Source: Balneolaceae bacterium
Lineage (GTDB): Bacteria > Bacteroidota > Rhodothermia > Balneolales > Balneolaceae
Reading direction: 5' to 3'
Assembly (NCBI GenBank): GCA_041656135.1
Contig: JBBAEC010000004.1
Span: forward strand, 53,460 to 117,459
DNA: 64,000 nucleotides
The notes under the pieces were generated by a model. It was not told where the DNA came from. It saw only the letters and a program-made list of their open reading frames with translations, and did not search any database. Shown piece by piece: positions 37,102 through 46,544 of the stretch. Both the position numbers and the translations under genes were made by a program. Positions within the stretch are counted from its first letter, which is position 1. Every line of letters starts with the position of its first letter.

Positions 37102-38514
37102 ATGATAAGATCAGTACTTAATGCAAAAAGAGCATTAGCTGTAATCGGGACAATTTTAATTTTTGGGGTGAGTTGTTCAACAACAGAAGTTGCCCAACAA
37201 CCAGTTAAAGAACCATCAAAGAAAAGTAGTTCAGAGATAGAAGGTCTCGCAGAAATAATCGAAACATCACCAACCTTCTCTAAAACTATTACTGGTTTCA
37301 CACTTTACGATCCTGTTACAGATTCCATGCTTTACGGTGTTAATGAAGATAAATATATGACGCCAGCATCAAATACAAAGATTTTTACATACTATGCCGG
37401 CTTAAATGCATTAGGTAGTCATATACCTGCACTTAATTATGTGGTTCGTGGCGATTCCCTCATATTTTGGGGAACAGGAGATCCATCCTTTTTGCATCCT
37501 GATGACTTTGGTACCACCGATGTGTACGATTTCTTGAATGAATTTGAAGGTAATATCTACTTTTCGGATAGTAACTTTGACGATGATGTTTTAGGACCAG
37601 GTTGGGCTTGGAGTGATTATGACGCTTACTATTCCGCAGAAAAAAGTCCATTTCCTATATATGGTAATTATGCGCGTTTTACTATAGAGCGTATTGAGCA
37701 AGTACGTGTTGCTGAAGTAAATGGTGAGTATGTGGTGAACCCAAAAATTCTAGGTAAATTCGTAGAAAATGATGGCGTTAACGAAGACGGACGTTTATCA
37801 ATTTCTCGCGATAGAGTAGGAAATAATTTCGAATACTCCTTCAAATCAGACACTGTTCGTTACCAAACGGATAAGCCATTCCACTATACTCCAGAGCTTA
37901 TTGTTGAACTGCTGGCGGATACCTTGAATAGAGAAGTGGGCTATCTTGCGGATTATAAAATGCCAGAAGACCGCCAAACTATGTATGGTATGAGAGCCGA
38001 CAGCCTGTACAAAAGAATGATGTTGCCTAGCGATAATAATTTAGCAGAGCAAATCATGATGATGATTTCAGGAACAATTGGTGACGAATTAAATGTGCGA
38101 AAAGGTATTAATTATGTGGTTGAGAATTATTTAACTGACCTACCAGATTCCCCAAATTGGAGAGATGGTTCAGGGTTGTCACGTTACAATTTATTCACGC
38201 CACGCACCGTAGCAGCGCTACTAAAAAAGCTGGATGAAAAAGTAGATAACGATGAATTGCTTTTCGATACATTCCCTCAAGGTGGGGTTCAAGGCACTAT
38301 CCGTAATTTATACAGTGCTCGTGATGGTGGTCCAGCCTATGTTTTTGCCAAAACTGGAACTCTTAGTAATAGCCATTGTTTAAGCGGTTATGTTATCACT
38401 GACACAGGCAGAAAGTTAATATTCAGCTTTATGAATAATAACTACGTTATTCCGACCAGAGAAGTACAAAGCCAAATGGAAGAAGTACTTTGGTATATCC
38501 ATACCAACTTCTAG
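37102..38514 (+). CDS. dacB: D-alanyl-D-alanine carboxypeptidase/endopeptidase, PBP4 (peptidase S13) family
   Basis: SxxK (PASNTKIF), SxN (PSDNNLAEQ) and KTG (FAKTGTLS) boxes with PBP4-like spacing. N-terminal signal/lipoprotein-like sequence (ILIFGVSCS). Confidence 0.8.
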   Translation: MIRSVLNAKRALAVIGTILIFGVSCSTTEVAQQPVKEPSKKSSSEIEGLAEIIETSPTFSKTITGFTLYDPVTDSMLYGVNEDKYMTPASNTKIFTYYAGLNALGSHIPALNYVVRGDSLIFWGTGDPSFLHPDDFGTTDVYDFLNEFEGNIYFSDSNFDDDVLGPGWAWSDYDAYYSAEKSPFPIYGNYARFTIERIEQVRVAEVNGEYVVNPKILGKFVENDGVNEDGRLSISRDRVGNNFEYSFKSDTVRYQTDKPFHYTPELIVELLADTLNREVGYLADYKMPEDRQTMYGMRADSLYKRMMLPSDNNLAEQIMMMISGTIGDELNVRKGINYVVENYLTDLPDSPNWRDGSGLSRYNLFTPRTVAALLKKLDEKVDNDELLFDTFPQGGVQGTIRNLYSARDGGPAYVFAKTGTLSNSHCLSGYVITDTGRKLIFSFMNNNYVIPTREVQSQMEEVLWYIHTNF

Positions 38515-39013
38515 CTTATTTTTATTTTTTCTTCTGAGTTTCCAATCAAAACCAGCGGCCCTGATGCCACATCAGTTGTGGTAACTTCATGAATGTGGAA
38601 GTGGGCGTTGGTGTGGAGATCGTAAATTCCATTTGAGGATTCTGTTAAGATACGCCTGTAGATGTTAGGTAATTCGTTGACGGATTTTCCCTTTAACGGG
38701 TAACCTGTTTCAAGTAAATGCCAGCTGTCTCTACTTTGTCCTTTCGAGCGAAGTATTGTTCGCGAAGCAAACAAGCGTAGTCGAGAAATCTAAGAGGTGT
38801 TTATTGGGCTCATAGACTTTGTTCATGTTACAGAGATTTCACTTCGTGGGAATCGCTCCGCTCGGTGATCCACTTCGGTCGAAATGAAATGTAGGTGAGT
38901 AATATTTCGTTTCCGAATCCCGTACTGTTAACCCAGAATCTCAAGAAGGTTCTGCTTCATAAAGCCTGAAACTGTCAACGAATCACCTAGCATCTACAGC
39001 TACCTCTTAGGTT

Positions 39014-39635
39014 TTAGAATTTATACTGTAATCCAGTTTTTCCAACTTCATAAGTTGTCGTTTTAAAGCCAAGGTTTACACCTAGAGGTTGGAATGTTAA
39101 CGAAAATGGACCTTTCGGAATCAATCCTAAATATAAACCAAAAGAAAAGAACACATCTTCCAGTTCAAATTGTTTTGAAGCATAGTTTTCGAAATAGCCT
39201 AAACTCTCATGCCCTTTATATCTGTTATATAAAACACCCGTACTACCACCCAAGCTAAGTTGAGTATTGTCTTTCAAATTAAAAGAATGGAAAACTTTAT
39301 TTACTGATAATTTTAACTGGTTGAAAGAGTCAAAATATCTATAACCAATTGGTTGTGAATGTGGATTATTAAAGGCTTCGATGTCATTGCCAAAAGAAAA
39401 AGACATCCCGATTGAAAAGCTTTTCCTTGAAAATCCAAAACGGATACCATATACAAGAAATTGATCATGGTCTTAGAGATCTAGATCATCTATTCTGTTT
39501 GAACTAGGAAGAAAAAAAGCAGCATCAAACAGGAATCCCGTTTGAATATACCAAGCATTTTCAGAGGTGATTTTCTCGCTTTGCCCAAAAACAAAGTGGG
39601 GGACGATTAACAGGCAGAAGATTAAAAGAAAACAT
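39014..39635 (-). pseudogene. disrupted small outer-membrane beta-barrel-like gene
   Basis: The intact 3' ORF 39014-39406 ends ...GKTGLQYKF. Upstream in the same frame the reading continues (..FLLIFCLLIVPHFVFGQSEKITSENAWYIQTGF...) but is broken by an in-frame TAA at 39473-39475. The only ATG (39635) is one base out of frame within the T-runs atgttttctttt. Confidence 0.5.
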
Positions 39636-39843
39636 GTATAATATTTGTATATTTCTGCTCCAATTCCTTATGATTTTGAATTTTAATTCAAACCTACTTT
39701 CTCATATTATAATCATTCTTCCATATCTAGCGCAAGCGTCCGCTTGTGCGGTCAAATTAATTCAACATTTTGAACCACGAATTCGAAGGAATACACTGAT
39801 GGCTCAGATTTTTGATATTGTTAGGCAAATTCTTCCAACCATT

Positions 39844-39892
39844 GGAACCAGAGGTTCTAGAAAGCATTACGAACGGGGCGTTCGTAACGAGG
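39844..39892. repeat. intergenic repeat family C copy (inverted relative to 12941-12992)
   Basis: ggaaccagaggttctagaaagcattacgaacggggcgttcgtaacgagg is the reverse complement, with a few mismatches, of cctcgttaggaacgtcccgttcgtaatgtatgccagaaccactggttcc at 12941-12989. Confidence 0.7.
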
Positions 39893-40140
39893 TGAAATAA
39901 TTACAGATATTTTTATTGAAGTGAAAGTGCCTAGAAATTCGCAATTCCAACAACGGCTAAAGCTGGTGGCATTTCAGGATGAGCTATACTGTAGATTGTG
40001 AGTATGAATTAAGATATCTATTAACAATTAAACAAATCAATGTTCACTGCTCATTGATAACTGTTCATTGTTAATTGGTCACTGAAAACTTAATTCCAGA
40101 TTCCTTAATCCCTCAATCACTATTAACCAATAACTAAATA

Positions 40141-41625
40141 TCACTCTGTCTCAAGTTCTAAATCTAAGTCCTCTTCTGTAACAGGAACTTCGTCTAAAGT
40201 TCTGATTTTAATATTGAAAGCCGCGTAAAATATTGACATGAATGGGCTTATATAATTAAAGAATGCGTAGGGGAGATAAGTCAAAGTATCTACGCCTAAA
40301 ACACCAGCATGGTAAGCCCCACAGGTATTCCATGGTACTAAAACGGAAGTGACTGTTCCCGAATCTTCTAAAGTACGGCTCAGGTTTTCTGGGGCAAGAT
40401 TTTTCTCTTTAAATGTTTCACGGTACATACGCCCAGGTACTACAATTGCCAAATATTGATCGGAGGCTGTGATGTTAAAGAACACACAGGTACCAACTGT
40501 TGCAGCAACTAAAGAGCCTGTAGTATTTACTAATGAAATCACTGCTTCAGCAATACGCTTTAGCATTCCACTAGTTTCCATCACCCCGCCAAAAATCATT
40601 GCGGAGAGGATGAGCCACACCGTCCCTAGCATGCCAAACATCCCGCTAGAGCTCAGTAAATCATCTACTATAGCATTGCCCGTCTCAATGCTGATACTGC
40701 CGTACATGGCAAGCATAACGCCTACATATTTTGACTCAGCAGAGGATTCTGAATAACCAGAAACTTGATGAACAATATCAGGTTGAAATATTAGTGCAAA
40801 CAGTCCACCTAATAATGCACCGACAGAGATAGCAGGTATTGCAGGTACTTTTTTAACGATTAGTGCAATTACAACAATCGGAACTATAAATAACCAGCCA
40901 TTTATATTGAATTGGCTAGAGATGGCATTTAATATTTCTTGAGTACTTACAGGCTGTGCTTCACCACCGTTAAAAAAGCCTAAAATGAGAAACAAAATTA
41001 AAGTGATGCTTATAGAAGGGACCGTAGTGTACGCCATGTATTTTATGTGCGTAAATAAATCGGTGCCAGCCATTGCAGGGGCTAAGTTTGTAGTATCAGA
41101 AAGTGGCGACATTTTATCACCAAAATAAGCGCCTGAAATAATTGCCCCAGCAACCATACCTGTCGAAATTCCCAAAGCCGTTCCAATACCAATTAGTGCA
41201 ATACCTACCGTTGCTGAAGTGGTCCAAGAAGAACCTGTTGCAACCGATACAACCGCACACACCACGCAAGCAGCCACTAAGAAAATAGTAGGGTTCAAAA
41301 TTAACAGCCCATAATAAATCATAGCAGGTACAATTCCGCTTAAAAGCCAAGTACCTGCAAGCGAGCCAATAAGTAGTAAAATAATCATAGAGGCCATTGC
41401 AGAACTAATACTTTTAACAATGCCCGTTCTAATTTCAGGCCATTTAAAACCAAATTTATATGCCACTATAGAAGCTATGCCAGCAGAGAGCATCAATATA
41501 ATTTGATTTGAACCATCGAGGGCGGCATCGCCAAAAACTCGAACGTTAATAAAAAGCGCAACAATAAGAAAAATAATAGGAATGAAGGCCTGGAAGAGAG
41601 TGGGCTTGGCGTATTTATAAGTCAT
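40141..41625 (-). CDS. nhaC: Na+/H+ antiporter, NhaC family
   Basis: A ~12-TM protein of 494 aa with the family-typical MSPLSDTTNLAP segment and a duplicated-domain layout. Confidence 0.8.
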   Translation of the reverse strand: MTYKYAKPTLFQAFIPIIFLIVALFINVRVFGDAALDGSNQIILMLSAGIASIVAYKFGFKWPEIRTGIVKSISSAMASMIILLLIGSLAGTWLLSGIVPAMIYYGLLILNPTIFLVAACVVCAVVSVATGSSWTTSATVGIALIGIGTALGISTGMVAGAIISGAYFGDKMSPLSDTTNLAPAMAGTDLFTHIKYMAYTTVPSISITLILFLILGFFNGGEAQPVSTQEILNAISSQFNINGWLFIVPIVVIALIVKKVPAIPAISVGALLGGLFALIFQPDIVHQVSGYSESSAESKYVGVMLAMYGSISIETGNAIVDDLLSSSGMFGMLGTVWLILSAMIFGGVMETSGMLKRIAEAVISLVNTTGSLVAATVGTCVFFNITASDQYLAIVVPGRMYRETFKEKNLAPENLSRTLEDSGTVTSVLVPWNTCGAYHAGVLGVDTLTYLPYAFFNYISPFMSIFYAAFNIKIRTLDEVPVTEEDLDLELETE

Positions 41626-41731
41626 CTGATATACTTAGTTCGGTTTTTTAACTGTTTAAGATAGTAATTAAATAGTAAGGCATCTATTTAATGAAAAGAT
41701 TACAAAAGTTGTGCGAAAAATTGAAAAAAAT

Positions 41732-42496
41732 CTAAAGTTGGAAGGATTGCTCCTCTATTACTATGGTAGAATTTGGCTCATATCTACGTTCTACATATTC
41801 AATATTTCCCGAATTATGAATAAGAAGAAGTGTTGAACAACGTGTACCATAATTTTTTGTGTTTATAAATATGGATGAAATAGCCCTCTCCATTTCTTTT
41901 GTAAGACCTGTTTCTGGCAGCTCAGTTTCTTGAGCTTTGGTTTCATTCATTAAGATATCAAACAAAGAGTTTTTGTCAATAGCATTTTGTTCGATACTCT
42001 TAGTGAGCCCGGATTTTGCTATTTCAAGCTTTGGCCATGGCGTATTTAAAAGTGCATTACTCACTCCATGAATCCCAGGCGTAATGGTTGTTGTTAAATT
42101 TGAGTAATTAGAATAATGAAGGATGTCCTCTTTATCTCCTATTAAAAGATTAAACCCATTATATAAATGGGCATTATTTTGAATTGAGGAAAGATATTGG
42201 CTCGCTGATTGATTCGATTTCAAAAAATTTAAAGCCAAATCTCCACGTGAAGGTGGGTTCTCCTTTAAGTCTGTTAGGTCTCTATAATTTGTGAGCGCTG
42301 CCCAACGCCCATTCTTATTCACCCCCATCCAAGTACCTCCAGCTTCAAGATCTTTGCCAGCTAAAACATCAGGGTGACCTTCTTCTACCCAAAATTGAGC
42401 TTTTCGAGTAGATCGGCCATAAAACTCATCTCTATTAGCTAGTAATATAAGTGCATAGCTAGGATGTTTTTTGTAGGCGAAGGTAATAAGGCACAT
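41732..42496 (-). CDS. NRDE family protein (DUF833/TANGO2-like)
   Basis: N-terminal MCLITFAYKKHPSYALILLANRDEFYGR carries the eponymous NRDE motif and N-terminal Cys. Confidence 0.85.
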   Translation of the reverse strand: MCLITFAYKKHPSYALILLANRDEFYGRSTRKAQFWVEEGHPDVLAGKDLEAGGTWMGVNKNGRWAALTNYRDLTDLKENPPSRGDLALNFLKSNQSASQYLSSIQNNAHLYNGFNLLIGDKEDILHYSNYSNLTTTITPGIHGVSNALLNTPWPKLEIAKSGLTKSIEQNAIDKNSLFDILMNETKAQETELPETGLTKEMERAISSIFINTKNYGTRCSTLLLIHNSGNIEYVERRYEPNSTIVIEEQSFQL

Positions 42497-42582
42497 AGAA
42501 TTATTTTTACAGATTGTTTTAAAAATCCCTTTAATCTAAGCATATTCATGCAACCATTTTTAGATTTACCGTACACGGTACT

Positions 42583-45174
42583 ATGTTATTTTCAAACGAG
42601 CAACGCTTTAGGGATATTCTGCTATTAAGCCTAGGTTTTATTGGGGTAGTATGGTTTTTTACCGACTTCCAAAAACACTGGGTGCCTTCAACCATATCTA
42701 TTAATATGGCAGATGAAGAAATTGTTAATATCGCCGATTCCATTTTTAAAAGCTGGGATTATGCACCAATAAATAAGCCATTGAATGTATATCTAGCTAA
42801 TAAAGAGGTAGGTATGGATTCTCTTCAACGTAAATATGGCAGCACAGTTCTTATAAATAAAATTAATGAACAGCGCTTACAAAAATCCCGACAACTCCCA
42901 TATTATATCAATGTTGTAACCCCATATTTTGAAGGAGATAGGAGTGAAGAGGCTGTCAGGTTTGAATTGTCAGAAAATGGAGAGCTAGTAAATTTTTCTA
43001 TTTCATCGGAAGAAATTAATGCCCAAACACCATTCAATCGAGAACTGTTATTAGATGCCTTTCAAAATAATGCAAGTCAATCTTTAGGCCCAGAAACCGA
43101 AGACTCTCTAATTGCTGGAGTTTTAGACTTTCAGCATAACCGCGAAAATGCGGTGGAGTTTCAAAATATGAGGGCGTTATTGTTGCGCATTACGGACGGG
43201 AAGAGATTCACTTTTAGAGGCTATATGAACACTGATATTATATGGAAAAATGCACAATTCTATATTGATCAAAGTTACTGGAAAGATTTTGAATTTAAAC
43301 AAGACACTCTAATTATAGATGATAAAGAAGATTTTAAACTAGCACGAGTATTTTTAACATCTAAAGACAGTGTATTTGGCATATATCCTAAGCTAGAAAT
43401 TGAGTTGCTACCAGGAGGTAGTTTGCGCAAAATGAAAGCTAGCTATTTTGAGATGCCAAAAGTAGTAAAGAGCGATTTAGGAGAAGAACTACATGAGCTA
43501 GTAGTACAAATTTCGATACTCATTTTTGGGATTTGGTTACTCATTATATTTTATTTGAGAATTAAAGCCCGTGCTATAGATACCAGCCCAGCCTTAGTAG
43601 TGGCCGTGTTAGCAGGCTTTTTGGTTCCCGCTTTATTAGCATTAAAAATGTTAAACAGCATCAGTATTAGTATTGATGGGAGTATTACCAATCAAGTATT
43701 TGGGTTGGGCGTACTAGGGGCGTTGAGTTCGGTTGGCTTTTTCTTACTTACTGCAGTTAGTGATTCTATAACAAGGCAATATTGGCCTGAAAAGTTAAAA
43801 ACTTGGGATTTAGTGCGCCAAGGTATAATTAAAAATAAACCAGTAGGCTGGGCTATATTACGTGGGCTAGCTATTGGCGGGGTGATGGTAGGGGTATTCC
43901 TCATGATTCTTAAACTTACACCTAACGCCTATTTACAGAGTAGGGTAGAATTTGTGAGTAGAGAGTATTTGTATGGCGCATTAGCAAATCAACTCGTTTC
44001 TCTAGCTATTAGTGTTCTTGTTGTAGTTCCAACTTTTCTCATATTAGTAAACCAAGTATATGGCATGTGGCAAAAAAAATGGGCTATACCCATACTTTCT
44101 GGCCTTATTACCATGCTGCTCAATATTATTGTGATTGATGTATCGCCGATTGAGATAAGTCTTTTTATCAGCTTTATTCTTGGTTTTATACTAGGCTTGT
44201 TTTATCTCAAATTTGATTTTGTAACGCTTGCTTTGGCATATTATATGTTCTTAAATATTATAAGTGCCGTTACAGGATGGGCAATTTCTGGCTCCCCAGA
44301 TTTAAACGCTTTCTATGTGTTTATTGGAACTACAGTGAGTTTGCTCGGTTTTGGAATTTATTTCATTATTAAAGGGAATGATAAAAATGAGCTGCCAGAT
44401 TATATACCCGTTTATTTAGAAAAATTAGCTGAAGAACAGCGTTTTGAACAGGAACTTGATATTGCTAGGCTTGTTCAGCATGCATTTCTACCTAATATAA
44501 CACCCGAAATTTCTGGTTTTGATACGGCAGTTTTTTGTGATCCTGCAATGGAAGCTGGGGGAGATTATTATGATATCATCCGCATTGATGAGTATAAAGC
44601 AAGTGTAGCTATTGGTGATGTAAGTGGGAAGGGAATTAGAGCCGCCTTTTATATGACCTTTATAAAGGGTGTGATACATAGCCTGAGCAATATTTTGCTT
44701 TCACCTAAGAAACTGCTAACCCAAGCAAATAGGCTATTTAATAATAATGCTACACGCGGAACTTTTATCACCATGATTTATGGTGTTCTTGATTCCCAAA
44801 ATAATACATTCACTTATGTGAGAGCTGGGCATAATCCTTTAATGCATAAGAAAGCAAATGGGGAGATAAAATGGCTTCAACCAAAAGGGCTAGCATTAGG
44901 AATGGCGGGAGAGGATATATTCAGTAAAGAGTGCGAGGAAGTTACCCTACAGCTCGAAAAAGGGGACGTTTTAGTACTTTACACAGATGGCGTTACCGAG
45001 GCACAAAATAGAAATGGTGAGTTTTATGGCGAAGAGAGGCTCTATCAAACACTCAAAAATGAAAAGTCAAAAATGTCATCAGAACTTCTTAACTTGATTG
45101 TTAACGATGTACGAGCCTTTTATGGGGAAACTACCCAATACGATGACATGACTTTGGTCGTTATAAAGGTTTAA
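42583..45174 (+). CDS. membrane-anchored PP2C/SpoIIE family serine phosphatase with large multi-TM N-terminal sensor region
   Basis: The C-terminal ~240 aa have PP2C/SpoIIE motifs (GGDYYDI, IGDVSGKGIRAA, LYTDGVTEA, DDMTLVVIKV). They are preceded by an extracytoplasmic ~280-aa region and about 9-10 TM helices. Confidence 0.8.
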   Translation: MLFSNEQRFRDILLLSLGFIGVVWFFTDFQKHWVPSTISINMADEEIVNIADSIFKSWDYAPINKPLNVYLANKEVGMDSLQRKYGSTVLINKINEQRLQKSRQLPYYINVVTPYFEGDRSEEAVRFELSENGELVNFSISSEEINAQTPFNRELLLDAFQNNASQSLGPETEDSLIAGVLDFQHNRENAVEFQNMRALLLRITDGKRFTFRGYMNTDIIWKNAQFYIDQSYWKDFEFKQDTLIIDDKEDFKLARVFLTSKDSVFGIYPKLEIELLPGGSLRKMKASYFEMPKVVKSDLGEELHELVVQISILIFGIWLLIIFYLRIKARAIDTSPALVVAVLAGFLVPALLALKMLNSISISIDGSITNQVFGLGVLGALSSVGFFLLTAVSDSITRQYWPEKLKTWDLVRQGIIKNKPVGWAILRGLAIGGVMVGVFLMILKLTPNAYLQSRVEFVSREYLYGALANQLVSLAISVLVVVPTFLILVNQVYGMWQKKWAIPILSGLITMLLNIIVIDVSPIEISLFISFILGFILGLFYLKFDFVTLALAYYMFLNIISAVTGWAISGSPDLNAFYVFIGTTVSLLGFGIYFIIKGNDKNELPDYIPVYLEKLAEEQRFEQELDIARLVQHAFLPNITPEISGFDTAVFCDPAMEAGGDYYDIIRIDEYKASVAIGDVSGKGIRAAFYMTFIKGVIHSLSNILLSPKKLLTQANRLFNNNATRGTFITMIYGVLDSQNNTFTYVRAGHNPLMHKKANGEIKWLQPKGLALGMAGEDIFSKECEEVTLQLEKGDVLVLYTDGVTEAQNRNGEFYGEERLYQTLKNEKSKMSSELLNLIVNDVRAFYGETTQYDDMTLVVIKV

Positions 45175-45199
45175 ATCACAATATTTTCTAAACTCGATA

Positions 45200-45787
45200 A
45201 TGCATTTTATTAAAAAGACAGGCATACAACTATTATTATTAATTCTATTAGCAAGTACTGCAAGTTGTGCCCAAGAGACCAAATCAAACGCCACAAACTT
45301 AGATGCTAAAGAAGAGGAAAGCGTAGAAAGTGAAGCCGTTAATGATCCATCAGGAATAGAATGGGTTTCTTTAGCAGAGGCACAAACGCAAGTGAAAGAA
45401 AGCAATAAAATGGTACTCATATTTGGCTATGCTGATTGGTGCCCATATTGTATGCAAATGCGAAAAGAAACTTATACCAACGAAAATGTACGTGAACGAC
45501 TCTATAAGTATTTTATACCCGTACAACTTGACGCAGAATCAGAAGAGGAATTGGTGTTTAACGGCGAGACATTCAAATCGTGGGAATTTGCCCAATTTGT
45601 GCAGCTAGCTTCTTTTCCAACGCATTATTTTATAAATAAAGACGGTGAAATTATTGGTGCACAACCTGGGTTTTTACCATCAGATGTGTTTGGGCCTTTA
45701 TTAAGCTATATTGGGACAGAGAAATTCGGTGAAATTGGTTTCGAAGAATATCTAAAAGAAACCGAGAACGTTGTTATTGAGCAATAA
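45200..45787 (+). CDS. secreted thioredoxin-fold protein (CxxC)
   Basis: Signal/lipoprotein-like N-terminus (LLLLILLASTASCAQ) and thioredoxin motif GYADWCPYCMQM. The stop overlaps the next start (TAATG at 45785-45789). Confidence 0.7.
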   Translation: MHFIKKTGIQLLLLILLASTASCAQETKSNATNLDAKEEESVESEAVNDPSGIEWVSLAEAQTQVKESNKMVLIFGYADWCPYCMQMRKETYTNENVRERLYKYFIPVQLDAESEEELVFNGETFKSWEFAQFVQLASFPTHYFINKDGEIIGAQPGFLPSDVFGPLLSYIGTEKFGEIGFEEYLKETENVVIEQ

Positions 45788-46446
45788 TGAGTATAAGTCA
45801 ATCTGTTGAAGATTATTTAAAAGCCATTTATGTATTAGAAGAGGAAGGAGGGCGAGCAACCACCACAAATATTGCTGAAGCTCTATCGGTGTCGTCTGCT
45901 TCTGTTACCAATATGCTAAAACGATTGGCCGTCCTAAAATTAATTACCCACAAATCATATCGTGGTGCTGAACTCACTGATGCAGGCAAAAAAATTGCAC
46001 TCGAGATCATTCGGCATCACCGCTTGCTAGAACTTTATTTAAAGGAAATGCTAGGATATTCGTGGGATGAAGTGCACGACGAGGCAGAGAATTTAGAGCA
46101 TCATATTTCTGAACAGTTTGGTGATACTATTGCAGAACTCTTGAATCACCCAACACACGATCCCCATGGCGATCCCATCCCAACCAAAGATGGTATTGTG
46201 CCAGAAATGGCATCTCTTGCAATTACAGATGCCGAACTAAACAAAGATTACCTGATTGGTAGAGTGAAAGATCAAGACCCCGAACTATTGCGCTACCTGG
46301 AAAAAACGGGAATTATACCCGGCGTAAAGCTACAAGTTCTTGAAATTGGTCCCTTCGATGGCCCAATTAAAATTACTCTCGAAGGTAAAGAAGTTACTAT
46401 TGGTAATACCGTTGCAAAAGGGGTTTATTTATTAGAAGGGAAGTAA
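45787..46446 (+). CDS. mntR: DtxR/MntR family metal-dependent transcriptional repressor
   Basis: Winged HTH (VEDYLKAIYVLEEEGGRATTTNIAEALSVSSASVTNMLKRL), metal-binding/dimerisation region (HHRLLELYL...EVHDEAENLEHH) and a C-terminal FeoA/SH3-like domain. Confidence 0.85.
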   Translation: MSISQSVEDYLKAIYVLEEEGGRATTTNIAEALSVSSASVTNMLKRLAVLKLITHKSYRGAELTDAGKKIALEIIRHHRLLELYLKEMLGYSWDEVHDEAENLEHHISEQFGDTIAELLNHPTHDPHGDPIPTKDGIVPEMASLAITDAELNKDYLIGRVKDQDPELLRYLEKTGIIPGVKLQVLEIGPFDGPIKITLEGKEVTIGNTVAKGVYLLEGK

Positions 46447-46483
46447 AATCTGGGCTTATATTTTTGAATTATCATAATGCAAT

Positions 46484-46516
46484 AAAAAAAGGCGACTCCA
46501 ATGGAATCGCCTTTTT
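46484..46516. terminator. bidirectional rho-independent terminator between convergent genes
   Basis: A-run 46484-46490, hairpin ggcgactcca / tggaatcgcc (one mismatch), then a T-run 46512-46516. Confidence 0.6.
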
Positions 46517-46544
46517 ATTAGATAGAAAAAATAGTCAAACGGTT

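Noticed and set aside
36622-37301. 150-aa and 102-aa minus-strand ORFs
   Set aside because: They are antisense to gltX and to the start of dacB, both strongly supported. No motifs, so these are shadow ORFs.
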